Source: a virus. Taken from it: a stretch of DNA of 64,000 bases. The notes beneath the pieces are model-generated. The model worked only from the letters and a program-made list of their open reading frames with translations. It did no database searches and was not told the DNA's origin. A program made the translations under genes and the position numbers. Every line of letters begins with the position of its first letter. The stretch's first letter is position 1. This document shows positions 8,091 through 18,037 of the stretch, one piece after another. The stretch covers positions 1 to 64,000 of the IMG/VR virus record IMGVR_UViG_3300034137_000032; one strand, given 5' to 3'.

Positions 8091-9247
8091 TCGCACAGAC
8101 CATATGCCGAGCTGCAGGACACACCGTCGGCGACGGCGCGGATCAGATCGAACTGGCGGCCGCCGCGCGAAGTCATCGACCACTCAATCATGCGATCGAT
8201 ACCGTGCGACAGGTGCGTGATGCGGTCGTTTGACCGAACCGTCGGGTCGGTGATGCTAGTAAAAAACGTCGAGCTGCCGCGCTTGCTGGCGGTCGAAACC
8301 ATCGATTCCCAGCGACGGATGCGCGCGACCTCTTCAGGGAAGCGCACGGCGATCTCGGCCAGCTCCTCTTTGCGGTTACTCACACACGGCATGCAGCCGA
8401 CGCGGGACATGCCCTGCAGGTACAACGGGTTCGGCTTGATCCCGTGCTTGCGGTGCATGGCAAAGACGTCCTCAACTGTCCAGGCCAGTATCGGGCGGTA
8501 GTTGAACAGGCCGTTCCCCACCTCGTCGATCTCGGGCAGCTTGGAGCGCGCCAACGACTCGTCAGCGCGCACGCCCTGCCACGAATACACGTCCTGGGTG
8601 CGGTGATCGGCCAGCAGTGGGGCGAATATCTGCTCCTGGATCGGCAAAATCTTCAGTTCCTGGGTGCAGAATCTGCGTTTGGTGCTGGGGAACAGGCCTT
8701 TCCACAGGCACATATCCAGGAATGGGATGCCGGTGGGCTGCAGCATTTCGCAAGCGGCGTCCATCAGCTCCTGCGCGCGCTCTGCAACGAGAGGCGCTAT
8801 CTCGCGCTGCGCCGGGAACCATGACCAGACGCCGACGGTGGCGGGCTCGAACATATTGGCCGGAACATTGAGCGGCTCGCGCTGCGCCGTGGGGAAGTCG
8901 GCCTCGCTGTCGCAGCCCTGCAGGTCGTTGCGGTACCAGTGCCCGGGCGCCAGCGGACGGCCTGCCATCAGCTGGGCGCCCCAATGCTTCTGCAGGTAGG
9001 TGCGCTTGTTGGCCATCTTCGTGGCGAACTCGGCCTTGATCCAACGAATCTCGACGCCGGTGGCGTCTGCCAGGTAACGCACGTAATCGTAGGTCTGCGG
9101 GTGCTCGTTGCCGGTATCGCAGAACACAGCCTGCACGTTCGGCACCTGGCGCTCGATGCCGAGCAGCAGCATGGCCGTCGAATCCTTGCCGCCGGATATG
9201 CTGAAAACGTTGGTGTCGGTCGAATCCATACCGTAAAGCGTGTTCAT
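8087..9247 (-). CDS. PAPS reductase-family protein
   Basis: SISGGKDS PP-loop, DTGNEHP, RFCTQELK, GVRADES, SRVGCMPC. Confidence 0.9.
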   Translation of the reverse strand: MNTLYGMDSTDTNVFSISGGKDSTAMLLLGIERQVPNVQAVFCDTGNEHPQTYDYVRYLADATGVEIRWIKAEFATKMANKRTYLQKHWGAQLMAGRPLAPGHWYRNDLQGCDSEADFPTAQREPLNVPANMFEPATVGVWSWFPAQREIAPLVAERAQELMDAACEMLQPTGIPFLDMCLWKGLFPSTKRRFCTQELKILPIQEQIFAPLLADHRTQDVYSWQGVRADESLARSKLPEIDEVGNGLFNYRPILAWTVEDVFAMHRKHGIKPNPLYLQGMSRVGCMPCVSNRKEELAEIAVRFPEEVARIRRWESMVSTASKRGSSTFFTSITDPTVRSNDRITHLSHGIDRMIEWSMTSRGGRQFDLIRAVADGVSCSSAYGLCE

Positions 9248-9600
9248 GCGTTTACCCCAATTAGGTCGAGCACTTCGTCGGGGATCTCGCATCCCAGGTC
9301 TTGCAGGTCGTTTGCGGCGTCACGCATCAGGTCCATCTGGTGGCCGTACAGCTTCTGAAATCGGGCTTTGTACGGATGCACCGCGATCAGCCCAGGAGCG
9401 CCCTGACCGTCGATGTGGTGGCCAGCGCACAGCGCCAGCACCATCCAGTGCGCGTCGGGCTTGGTGCGCCCCTCGATGTGGTGAATGCTGACGTGCGTGT
9501 TGCGGTGGCCATGGTCGTGAAAGCACGCCTGACAGCCGATGTGGGTGGCCAGCAAGTCGTGGTAACGCTTCTGGCGCGCACTTGGGTTCGTCCCTTTCAT
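9244..9600 (-). CDS. ref: Ref-family RecA-dependent HNH-type nuclease
   Basis: GCQAC...IHHIEGRTKPDAH...LCAGHH motif of P1 Ref-like proteins. Confidence 0.75.
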   Translation of the reverse strand: MKGTNPSARQKRYHDLLATHIGCQACFHDHGHRNTHVSIHHIEGRTKPDAHWMVLALCAGHHIDGQGAPGLIAVHPYKARFQKLYGHQMDLMRDAANDLQDLGCEIPDEVLDLIGVNA

Positions 9601-10376
9601 GCGGTGATCGCTCCACGCGCCTGCAGCTCGGCCAGGGCTTCGGCCATCTCCTTTTTCTTTTGCTCCAGCTGGTCGTCACGTAAGAACTTGCGGGCGGTCT
9701 TTGGCTTTATGCCGTTCATGACGCCCCGGGTGATCGAGCGGATGCGCCCCATCTGTTCCTGGCCGCGGACAATCTGCGCCTGGCGCTCTTCCTCGGTCAG
9801 CTGCGGCGCAGGCAGCGCCAGCATCGGCGGCGGTACCGCGCCTTTAGGGCTGGCCAACGCCTGATCGAGCGCCGAGCGCCAACGAATTTGCAAATCCTTG
9901 AACTCGTAATCGAACAAGTCCTTGCCCAGCTCCAGGGCAGCCCAATAGATCGCCGGGTGCGTCCACTCGTCCTGCTGGACGGTTTCGCCCGGGCGCAGCG
10001 CGGTACCCATCAGGAACTTGCGCCGGTTCATCTGCTTGACCGCTTCGGCGAAGGCCACCTCGGCGTTCAACGCTGGGCGGCAGGCCTTGAGGAACTCAGT
10101 CAGCGATGGCGGCCAGTCGAACAACTTGCGGCACTGCGCCACGCCGCGCTTGATCTCGGCGAGGGTGATGCGCTCCTCTTCCAGGCCCTCTGCCCAGGAT
10201 TCGCGCCAGTTGGCCACGGCCTGCTCACTGGGGAACTCCCGGCGCCATTTGGTCATGTACGCCCCGTCGAGGCGGTTGAAAAGCCAGTCCATCGGGCTCA
10301 TGCCCAGGGAGGCGTGCGGCTTATTCAATACGGACAGCTTGGCCGTCGATGTAGTCGTCAGATCCTGGGATGACAT
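9597..10376 (-). CDS. Lambda P-like replication protein (helicase loader)
   Basis: WAEGL...IKRGVAQCR...WPPSLTEFLKAC...WTHPAIYWA; directly downstream of the initiator. Confidence 0.7.
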   Translation of the reverse strand: MSSQDLTTTSTAKLSVLNKPHASLGMSPMDWLFNRLDGAYMTKWRREFPSEQAVANWRESWAEGLEEERITLAEIKRGVAQCRKLFDWPPSLTEFLKACRPALNAEVAFAEAVKQMNRRKFLMGTALRPGETVQQDEWTHPAIYWAALELGKDLFDYEFKDLQIRWRSALDQALASPKGAVPPPMLALPAPQLTEEERQAQIVRGQEQMGRIRSITRGVMNGIKPKTARKFLRDDQLEQKKKEMAEALAELQARGAITA

Positions 10377-11232
10377 GGGCAGTACCTTTTTGGTTTACGA
10401 ATGCGAGGGGGTCGAACTTGCCGAGCTTGATGTCCGCTTTCGGGGCATGAGCGGCCAGGCGCTTCACAGCGAGGGTGTCCCACTGTTTGCGCAGCTTCGA
10501 AGGGGCGAGGATGTTGGTGCGCCAGAACTCGTCGCGGTTGGCCCAGTCGAACAGCTCGCAGATTTCCCGGTGGGTGCGGCCGTCCTGCTCACGGGTCAGG
10601 CGGATGTCATTGGCCCAGGCGTCCCAGTTGGGTTCCTTGGGATCACCGCCGAGCTTGAGTACCTTGCCGAAGATCCAGCGAGCCGCTTTATGGTCTTCGT
10701 CGCTGCCATGCTTTTTCGGTTTGGTAGCGCGAGGGGCAGACGTCGAATTCTTCTCCCCGATCGGCGCACCAGCGACGCGAGGAGAAATACCCTCAGTTGT
10801 ATTACTCAGAGTGTTATCCCTCTCTGCAGCGTTTTCCGAATAGGGGTATCCCGAATTCCCGACTAGGTCTCTTCGGTTTTCCGAATAGGGGGTTGTCGGG
10901 TTTTCCGGAGGGGTAGTCGGATTTTCGAATACCTTTTCGGTCGCATGCTTGGGCGTCAGATAGATGCGCCGCTCCACGATTTGCTTGCCATCGCGGATGA
11001 TTTTGATGTCCAGCAAGCCCTTGGCTGCCAGACCATTGATGATCTCGGAGACCCTGGATTTCGAGAGGCCAAAGAACTCGGCGAATGCCGCGTTGCTCTT
11101 GTAGCAACCACGCGCGGACGCACTAAGGCTGTCGATTTCGATCAGGAAAATCTTTTCGTTAATATTAAGGTTACGGTCCAGCCACAACTCGGCGGGTATC
11201 CATATCCCTTTAAACTTGCGTGCGTCATCCAT
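10321..11232 (-). CDS. Phage replication initiator (O-like, N-terminal HTH)
   Basis: FKGIWIPAELW...SNAAFAEFFGLSKSRVS; C-terminal FWRTNILAPSKLRKQWD; internal iterons. Confidence 0.85.
   Translation of the reverse strand: MDDARKFKGIWIPAELWLDRNLNINEKIFLIEIDSLSASARGCYKSNAAFAEFFGLSKSRVSEIINGLAAKGLLDIKIIRDGKQIVERRIYLTPKHATEKVFENPTTPPENPTTPYSENRRDLVGNSGYPYSENAAERDNTLSNTTEGISPRVAGAPIGEKNSTSAPRATKPKKHGSDEDHKAARWIFGKVLKLGGDPKEPNWDAWANDIRLTREQDGRTHREICELFDWANRDEFWRTNILAPSKLRKQWDTLAVKRLAAHAPKADIKLGKFDPLAFVNQKGTAHVIPGSDDYIDGQAVRIE
10831..10935. repeat. Iterons of the putative lytic origin inside the initiator gene
   Basis: GTTTTCCGAATAGGGG at 10831 and 10876; variants at 10900 (GTTTTCCGGAGGGG) and 10921 (ATTTTCGAATA). 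Confidence 0.7.
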
Positions 11233-11360
11233 TAGGCAAACCCCCGGGTTATCCGGGTGTTAGCCATGTTGGATGCCGCCACGAACTGTTCACCAGGTTC
11301 AGGCGTCTTGCCTTTCAGACGCGCGCGGAAGCCCTGCGCGAATACTCTGATTTCGCCCAC
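11232..11360 (-). CDS. Small hypothetical protein (42 aa)
   Basis: Read manually: GTG start VGEIRVFAQGFRARLKG...; its stop overlaps the initiator ATG (TAATG). Confidence 0.35.
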   Translation of the reverse strand: MGEIRVFAQGFRARLKGKTPEPGEQFVAASNMANTRITRGFA

Positions 11361-11493
11361 TGAAATAACGCCTTATTACACGCCTTGAGGAACATAGCTG
11401 GCACGTCCTGGCGTGACAGACTTCGGCAGGTTCATGACTTCCTGGCCTAGCCAGCTACAGTTGCCACGTCAGGCCGTGGCCACCCATTGCTCG

Positions 11494-11760
11494 TTACGCC
11501 AGCAAGGTCGCTGGCTGCGCAACTTGGTTGCGTTTGTTGATGCGGTACCGCTGCCAGGCTTTGCCTGCAGCGCGTGCCCCGGTAATCGTGCCGCTGCCTA
11601 CCCGCTCCATCTCCTGACGCAGATCACGAATGCGCGCCGAAATGGCTGCCTCTGAGTCAATGCGCTGGAACACCTGGAAAATGCGGTCTTTGATCTCGAA
11701 CAGCGCCAGAGCGGTGTCGGCGGCTTCAAGGATCGATTTCACGCGGGTCAGTTGAGTCAT
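11494..11760 (-). CDS. Small winged-HTH-like protein
   Basis: MTQLTRVKSILE...SEAAISARIRDLR...QRYRI. Confidence 0.6.
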   Translation of the reverse strand: MTQLTRVKSILEAADTALALFEIKDRIFQVFQRIDSEAAISARIRDLRQEMERVGSGTITGARAAGKAWQRYRINKRNQVAQPATLLA

Positions 11761-11770
11761 AGTGCAGACC

Positions 11771-12172
11771 TCAGTGCAGGACGGCTGCCGCTTCATACGG
11801 CGCGAGAAACGTTTCGGCGATGCTCGCCAGCAAGCCGAGCTTGTCCGGTGGCAAGCAATCGAGCCGGGCCGGGTCAAGCGGGCTCATAGGACGATCAGAA
11901 TCGGTACGGGTTGGCTCGCGATCTAACCAAAACGTTGGCAATCCCAGCTTGGTCTCCCAACGGCGCGCCACGCGCTCGCCGAAAGCCCGGCACGGCCGTT
12001 TGCCGCAGATTTGGTAGAACAGGCTGCGATCGGACTTCGAAAAATCGAATTTCTTGAGCATCTTGGCGCGCTCACCTGCAAATTCGTGCTCGATAAACTC
12101 GCTCAAGCGCAGGACTCGTACAGCGCTGCGCGAATTAAGGTCCGGGGGCGACGGGGCCGTAGGGGATGTCAT
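11771..12172 (-). CDS. Cro-position regulator, paralogous to the divergent repressor
   Basis: FGERVARRWETKLGLPTFWLD; first gene of the leftward replication operon. Confidence 0.7.
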   Translation of the reverse strand: MTSPTAPSPPDLNSRSAVRVLRLSEFIEHEFAGERAKMLKKFDFSKSDRSLFYQICGKRPCRAFGERVARRWETKLGLPTFWLDREPTRTDSDRPMSPLDPARLDCLPPDKLGLLASIAETFLAPYEAAAVLH

Positions 12173-12313
12173 GGGGAACCTCTGGTGTTCTGGTGGGGCA
12201 CAAGCTAACTCCTTGCTAATCCAATTGCAACTTTTCGCTTGTTCGTTTGCTTATGGTATAGTTACCACGCACACACAAACCCGCTAGTTTCCAATAAGGG
12301 ACTGCTTACGCTC

Positions 12314-12808
12314 ATGAACGACATTCGAACGAAACGCTTACGCCAGTGGCTGGGCGAATTCGACGGCTCCATTGCCGAATTCGTCCGCGCCTACGGGCTG
12401 GATAAATCGAAGGCAAGCTACATCTCGCAGATCCTGGGCGGCCATCGCCCCCTGGGCGAGCGAGCTGCCCGCAAATTGGAAGTAGATTGCGGTCGCCCGC
12501 ATGGATGGCTAGACGTCGAGGACGATGATGCCGTCGATTTGCGATACGATAAGCAGCGATTCAACCAGCTGAATACCGACGACCGCGGCTTGATCGAGGA
12601 GTTTATTGACTTCGTGCTCAAGCGATCGGAGCGCAGCGAAGGGTCAACGACCCCAGCTGGCAGCGGGAAGCGGGTAACGTTTCAAAAAACGCTGGAAGCA
12701 CCGCAGGGGGCGCAGGACACGCCCGGGAAAGGAACGAAACGAAAGACGTCAGGCGACGATAGCCTGAATTTACCGACTGGGCCTGTTGCGAAATCGCGCA
12801 TCGCGTAG
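12314..12808 (+). CDS. CI-like repressor without S24 peptidase domain
   Basis: SYISQILGGHRPLGERAARKLEVDCGRPHGWLD repressor motif; divergent from 11771..12172. Confidence 0.75.
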   Translation: MNDIRTKRLRQWLGEFDGSIAEFVRAYGLDKSKASYISQILGGHRPLGERAARKLEVDCGRPHGWLDVEDDDAVDLRYDKQRFNQLNTDDRGLIEEFIDFVLKRSERSEGSTTPAGSGKRVTFQKTLEAPQGAQDTPGKGTKRKTSGDDSLNLPTGPVAKSRIA

Positions 12809-12836
12809 CAGGCCTCTATGTATTCTGGGGTTACGA

Positions 12837-13121
12837 GTGACAGTCCAAGGAAGTAATGTTTTCCCTATCGGCATTAAGAAACGTCCACATCCTGCGCAGG
12901 TTGCCGTCCAGCAGCCTTGCGAGGATCTGTCCAGCCCAGCCGGATGGACCGGACGGCCGATTGGTCAGCTGCTTTTCGAGTTTTATCCAGGTGGCTCGGC
13001 AGGTATCGATTGTGACTTACCAGAGGAATGTGTGACGCAGGCGATCCGGGCGCTGGAAAGCGCCCTTGATCAGCTGCGGGCTAATCAAGACAGCGCCAGT
13101 TACAAGCTTGTGAGTACGTAA
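12837..13121 (+). CDS. Hypothetical protein
   Basis: GTG start, follows the repressor, ends before a terminator. Confidence 0.5.
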   Translation: MTVQGSNVFPIGIKKRPHPAQVAVQQPCEDLSSPAGWTGRPIGQLLFEFYPGGSAGIDCDLPEECVTQAIRALESALDQLRANQDSASYKLVST

Positions 13122-13153
13122 AAAGGGGTGTTTGCACAACCGTTTGCTAAGAG

Positions 13154-13176
13154 AAAGGGCCTGTAGGCCCTTTTTT
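13154..13176 (+). terminator. Rho-independent terminator
   Basis: AAAGGGCC-TGTA-GGCCCTTTTTT. Confidence 0.75.
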
Positions 13177-13295
13177 ATTAGCAAAAATATTACTTATTGC
13201 TTGTTTGAATGCTTACGCTTTGCTAATTTGTGATGCAACGGGGGGCTAGGGGATACCTTGCCACTCGCTAATTAATCGCACTGGAGCATAAGCAC

Positions 13296-14471
13296 ATGGC
13301 CCGCGCATCTGCCGCAACCCGCAAGCAAACCGAAGCCCAGGACGCCCTGGACCTTACCCCTACTGATACCGCAGCTGTTGCCCAGGCGGACGTGGACGCA
13401 GCTAATGCTGCCGACGCCAGCGCTCCGGCCGGTACCGAACTGCAGATTGGCGAAGCGGCCACTGAGATCGCGGAATATAACCCGTTGGTCCAGGAGCTGG
13501 CGCGCATCACCGAGCAGTACAAAAACGTCGTTTGGGATGTGACCACCGACGAGGGTTTCAAGGCCGCAAAGGAAGCACGCACCGACGTACAGAAAGTGCG
13601 CTACGCCATCCAAAACAGCGAAAAGGCCGTCCTCAAGCCTTATCAGGACGCTGTGAAAGCCGCCCAGGCCAGTGTCAACGCGGTGAAGGAATTCGGCAGC
13701 GATCTGCGCGACAAAGTGCTCGTGATCGAGGCCCCAATCGACCAGCTGGTACGAGCTGAAGAAGAGCGCCAGAAGGCTGAGAAAGATCGCCTGGCCTCGA
13801 TCGCTCGGGAACGTGCAGAGCGCATCGACAGCACCATTCAAGGGTACCGCCTGGTCGGTGCCACCTACTCGACGGCTACCGCGGCCGCGATCGCCGAACA
13901 GCTGGACACTCTGAAAAGCACCATTATCTTGCCCGACGAGTATGGCGATCGCGAAGGCGAGGCCATGGTGGCGCGTGACAACGCGATCGACACACTGACC
14001 GCGCTGCACAGCATGACCGTGAGCCGCGAAGCCGACGCCCAGCGCCTCGCAGACCAGCAAGCCGAGCTGGAACAACTGCGGGTTCAGCAGCGCAAGGCTG
14101 CTGAGGAGGCCGAACAGCGCCGCCAGGAACAAGCCCGTCGCGATGCCGAGGAGCTGCAGCGCCAGCGCGACCAGCTCGCCGAACAGCAGCGCATCCTGGC
14201 TGAAGGTATGGCCGAGCTTCAGCGCCTGCGCGATGGTGCGGCCGCGGCCCCGGCACCACCTGCAGCGCATACCCACACCGCCAACGAGCCAGCGCGAGTT
14301 GAAACCACTGCCCCAGCTGCAGCGGAACCGATCGCGATTGTCGTAGTTGAGCCTGTGAAACAGCCCGATCCAAACGCCCCGAATGCCGAGGATCTGGTCG
14401 AGACGATCGGCCTGGCCTTCGATGTGCCCCCAGCGACTGCCCGTCACTGGCTGCGCACCACCGCGTTCTGA
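13296..14471 (+). CDS. Coiled-coil recombination-region protein (DUF1351/Gam-like position)
   Basis: GGAG RBS; long Ala/Glu/Gln coiled coil; upstream of recT. Confidence 0.7.
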   Translation: MARASAATRKQTEAQDALDLTPTDTAAVAQADVDAANAADASAPAGTELQIGEAATEIAEYNPLVQELARITEQYKNVVWDVTTDEGFKAAKEARTDVQKVRYAIQNSEKAVLKPYQDAVKAAQASVNAVKEFGSDLRDKVLVIEAPIDQLVRAEEERQKAEKDRLASIARERAERIDSTIQGYRLVGATYSTATAAAIAEQLDTLKSTIILPDEYGDREGEAMVARDNAIDTLTALHSMTVSREADAQRLADQQAELEQLRVQQRKAAEEAEQRRQEQARRDAEELQRQRDQLAEQQRILAEGMAELQRLRDGAAAAPAPPAAHTHTANEPARVETTAPAAAEPIAIVVVEPVKQPDPNAPNAEDLVETIGLAFDVPPATARHWLRTTAF

Positions 14472-14528
14472 TTTACCCCCTCCCTTCCGTAATGCAGCTG
14501 GCCCCTCGGGGCTGGCAATGAGGTAACT

Positions 14529-15470
14529 ATGACTGCTCATGCACACGCACCGGCAATCGCCGATCAGGACATTGCCCACTACAACGGCCCGCGTAACAGC
14601 ACCACCGCCCTGGTGCTCGATCCGAACAGCATGAAAGCCATGCTCGACATGGCGGGCGTCATGTCCAAAGGCGTGGCCACGGTGCCCAAGCACCTGCAGA
14701 AAAATGAGGCCGACTGCCTGGCCGTTGTGATGCAGGCCATGCAGTGGCGCATGAACCCTTTCGCCGTTGCGCAGAAAACCCACCTGGTCAATGGCGTCCT
14801 CGGCTACGAGGCGCAGCTGGTCAATGCGGTGATCACCTCGCTGGCACCTACGACCGGACGCCTCCATTTCGAGTGGTACGGCCCCTGGGAAAAGGTCATC
14901 GGCAAATTCCACATCAAGAACAGTGACAAAGGGCAGTACCGCGTGCCGGGCTGGAAGCTCGAAGACGAGGAAGGCTGCGGCGTGAAGGTGTTCGCCACCC
15001 TGGTGGGGGAGGATCAACCGCGTGTGCTGGAGCTGCTACTGGCTCAGGCCCGCACCCGTAACTCCACCTTGTGGGCTGACGATCCCAAGCAGCAGCTGGC
15101 GTACCTGGCGATCAAGCGCTGGTCACGCCTTTACTGCCCTGACGTGATCCTGGGCGTCTATACCCGTGACGAGCTGGAAGACGGTTTCGAGCGCAGTCGC
15201 GAGATCAACCCGAACGCCCCGAGCGAGCCGGTTTCGGCGCCGTCGGCGGTCAGCGGCCGCCAGGATGAAGAGACGTTGAAGCTTTACGAGCAGCTCGAAG
15301 CGAGCGCCCGCGACGGCGGCCTGGCTGGGTTCGAGGCGGCGTGGAAGGCACTCACACCGAAACAGCGCATCGCTATCGGTACCGAGAGAAAGGACCGGCT
15401 GAAAGAGATGGCGACCACCTCCGATGCCGACTTCGTTGAAGTGCCGGATGAACCTGGGGTTGCAGCGTGA
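14529..15470 (+). CDS. recT: RecT-family single-strand annealing protein
   Basis: MQAMQWRMNPFAVAQKTHLVNGVLGYEAQLVNAVI...RLYCPDVILGVYTRDE. Confidence 0.85.
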   Translation: MTAHAHAPAIADQDIAHYNGPRNSTTALVLDPNSMKAMLDMAGVMSKGVATVPKHLQKNEADCLAVVMQAMQWRMNPFAVAQKTHLVNGVLGYEAQLVNAVITSLAPTTGRLHFEWYGPWEKVIGKFHIKNSDKGQYRVPGWKLEDEEGCGVKVFATLVGEDQPRVLELLLAQARTRNSTLWADDPKQQLAYLAIKRWSRLYCPDVILGVYTRDELEDGFERSREINPNAPSEPVSAPSAVSGRQDEETLKLYEQLEASARDGGLAGFEAAWKALTPKQRIAIGTERKDRLKEMATTSDADFVEVPDEPGVAA

Positions 15471-16132
15471 GCGATCTGCAGCGCACGGATCAATGGCATC
15501 AGGATCGAGCTGGCCGCATCACGGCCAGCCGATTCATCGACGCCCTGGCGTTCGGCAAGGCCGACGCCAGCGGCAAGCGCAAGCCCTTGGAATCACGCAC
15601 CACCTACATGCGCGAGCTGTGTTTTGAGCGCCTGGCCAGCCGGGCGAAGCACAGCGTGAGCGCAAAGGCTCTTAGCTGGGGTACACAGGAGGAGCAAGGT
15701 TGCCACGACTATTACGAGCTGATCAGCGGGAACATGGTGACCAAATCCGGGTTCATGGTTCACCCCAAATACGACTGGCTCGGCTGTTCGCCTGACGGCC
15801 TGATCGGCGCCGACGGCGGCATTGAGTCGAAGTGTCCCTACAACGAGGCGGTGCACATACGCACCTGGATCGAGGGGATGCCCGAGGAACACACCTGGCA
15901 GGTGCAGGGCTGCATGTTCGTGACGGGGCGGAAATGGTGGGATTTCCTCTCCTATGACCCGCGCCAGAATGACGAATACAGGTTGTACGTAGAGCGCATC
16001 GAGCGCGACCAAACATTCATTGATCAACTGCATGCCGGGCTTGTGCAGTTCAACCTCGAATTGAACCGCATGGTTGACGAGGTCGAATACAAAGCCCAAT
16101 TGCAGGCGCAGCGCCTGTCGCTGACGATTTAG
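15467..16132 (+). CDS. YqaJ/lambda-exonuclease family protein
   Basis: QRTDQWHQDRAGRITAS...GCSPDGLIG...IESKCP...QVQG. Confidence 0.9.
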   Translation: MSDLQRTDQWHQDRAGRITASRFIDALAFGKADASGKRKPLESRTTYMRELCFERLASRAKHSVSAKALSWGTQEEQGCHDYYELISGNMVTKSGFMVHPKYDWLGCSPDGLIGADGGIESKCPYNEAVHIRTWIEGMPEEHTWQVQGCMFVTGRKWWDFLSYDPRQNDEYRLYVERIERDQTFIDQLHAGLVQFNLELNRMVDEVEYKAQLQAQRLSLTI

Positions 16133-16142
16133 GAGAAAAGCA

Positions 16143-16640
16143 GTGTCCGCAGTGAATTACATGGCCGAGAACGTCAAAACCCGCTCCCCGATCATCCGTG
16201 AGCAAGCCCGCGGCGAGCTGGCGAACGCGGTGGCTGGGTTCAAAGGTGAAGTCGAGGTCATTAAGCCCAAGCACAACGGCGTGGCGCCCCTTCCGGCGCC
16301 CATAAAGCCGCGGGTTAAGGCGATCCCGGCGCAGGCGCGCAACCCGAACACCCTGCTAATGGCTGACGTGCTGCGCGTCGTTCAATCGCGCGACAACCTG
16401 AGCATATCCCTTGGCATGGCCATCGACTGGCAAACCGCGGTACCGCCCAAGCATACCGGCGAAGTGCGCGACCTCATGCGGTTCTGGCCACTGCTGCAGA
16501 AGATCAAAGGTAACTTTCAGAACGGCCGCACTGTCCTGCACTTTGCCGAGAAATACGGCTATTCACCGGCCTATATCCAGGGCCTGTCCGACCGCTTTAA
16601 CGTCCAGAAAGATGCAGAGGTGGCCCATGTTCTTCCGTAA
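16143..16640 (+). CDS. Hypothetical protein
   Basis: AGGAG RBS; lies between exonuclease and rdgC. Confidence 0.6.
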   Translation: MSAVNYMAENVKTRSPIIREQARGELANAVAGFKGEVEVIKPKHNGVAPLPAPIKPRVKAIPAQARNPNTLLMADVLRVVQSRDNLSISLGMAIDWQTAVPPKHTGEVRDLMRFWPLLQKIKGNFQNGRTVLHFAEKYGYSPAYIQGLSDRFNVQKDAEVAHVLP

Positions 16641-17547
16641 TCTGCTGGTCTACCGTATCACCCAAGCGATGGAGATCGATGCCGCCGCGATCGAGCAGGC
16701 GCTGGCCAGCAAGCGAGCCCGGCCTTGCGGACGCCAAGAGCTGGAGACCTATGGTTTCGTCGCCCCGGTGGGCGGGGGTGAGGACGCCCCGCTGCTGCAT
16801 GTCGTGGGCGGCTTCCTGTACCTGGTGGCCAAAAAAAGCGCGCGCAACCTGCCCGGCGCCGTCGTGCGCGACGCCGTGACCGAAAAGGTCAAAGATATCG
16901 AGGAGCGCCAGGCCCGCAAGGTCTACAAAAAGGAGCGCGACCAACTCAAAGACGAGGTCATACAGCAGCTGCTGCCCCATGCATTCGTGCGCCACAGCAC
17001 CACACGAGCGTTGATCATGCCGGAACAGGGCCTGATCGTGGTCGATAGCGCCTCGCCCAAGGTGGCCGAGGATCTACTGAGCACCCTGCGCGAGTGCATC
17101 GGCTCTCTGCCCGTGCGGCCCTTGACAGTGAAGATCGCCCCGACGGCCATGGTCACCGAGTGGGTCAAACAGCAGCGGGCAGGCGAAGGCTTTTTCGTGC
17201 TCGACGAGTGCGAGATGCGTGATACGACTGAAGACGGCGGCATTGTGCGCTGCAAACGTCAAGATTTGACTAGCGACGAGATTCAGCTGCACCTTTCAGC
17301 TGGCAAGCTGGTTACCCAGCTCGCGTTGGCTTGGCAGGACAAGTTGTCGTTTATGCTCGACGACAAGCTGGTGATCAAGCGCCTGAAGTTCGAGCAGATC
17401 CTGCACGACAAAGCCGACGACGACGGCGGGAATGATGATGCGGGCCAAAAGGACGCCACATTGTTGATCATGGGTGCTACGTTCGCCGAATTCATACCCG
17501 AGCTGGCCGAGAAACTCGGCGGCGAAGAAATGCCCAGCAGTATCTAA
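16627..17547 (+). CDS. rdgC: Recombination-associated protein RdgC
   Basis: [10 protein letters not shown]...[20 protein letters not shown]...[14 protein letters not shown]; start at ATG 16627. Confidence 0.93.
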   Translation: MFFRNLLVYRITQAMEIDAAAIEQALASKRARPCGRQELETYGFVAPVGGGEDAPLLHVVGGFLYLVAKKSARNLPGAVVRDAVTEKVKDIEERQARKVYKKERDQLKDEVIQQLLPHAFVRHSTTRALIMPEQGLIVVDSASPKVAEDLLSTLRECIGSLPVRPLTVKIAPTAMVTEWVKQQRAGEGFFVLDECEMRDTTEDGGIVRCKRQDLTSDEIQLHLSAGKLVTQLALAWQDKLSFMLDDKLVIKRLKFEQILHDKADDDGGNDDAGQKDATLLIMGATFAEFIPELAEKLGGEEMPSSI

Positions 17548-17574
17548 CCGCAATTAAAGCCAATCAGTTATATC

Positions 17575-17599
17575 GCGGGCACCGCCGTGCCCGCCTTTT
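17575..17599 (+). terminator. Probable terminator
   Basis: GCGGGCAC-CGCC-GTGCCCGC-CTTTT. Confidence 0.6.
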
Positions 17600-17617
17600 A
17601 CCCAGTAAGGATTTACC

Positions 17618-18037
17618 ATGCCCCGTTACAGCGTATTGCTCGAAGCAACCGGCTCCGAACTTCCGATGCTAGATAAGCGCCAAGCCGAGAACTATGTAAT
17701 TTTCCTGCAGCAGACTAACCCCGCAGGCCATCACGGCGAAGTAATCGAATCGCAACTGCCTGAGCTAGAATTCGCAAACCGCCTGGTGCAGACGATTTCG
17801 GCGATGCTGGGCAAAGAACACCACGACCACGAGAAACACCTGGTGGATCTGCGACGGGCAAACTTGCTGTTGGACCGTGCAACCGAGTTGCTTGGCGTCA
17901 TCACCTCGAAAGGCAAAGCGACTCTAAAGTGGCGTGAGCGAGTGCGTGAGTTTTTGACCATTCGTAACGCTTACCGTAAAACCGCCGACGCGCCGTCGTT
18001 ACCCGTGGCACCAGCACCAGAAGACGCGCCACAATGA
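17618..18037 (+). CDS. Hypothetical protein
   Basis: TAAGGA RBS, 139 aa. Confidence 0.6.
   Translation: MPRYSVLLEATGSELPMLDKRQAENYVIFLQQTNPAGHHGEVIESQLPELEFANRLVQTISAMLGKEHHDHEKHLVDLRRANLLLDRATELLGVITSKGKATLKWRERVREFLTIRNAYRKTADAPSLPVAPAPEDAPQ

Noticed and set aside
13272-15017. 581-aa minus-strand ORF and other long antisense ORFs (e.g. 29646..30869, 30909..32201, 37756..38931, 61452..62960)
   Set aside because: Shadow frames of well-supported genes in high-GC DNA, with no motifs or RBS
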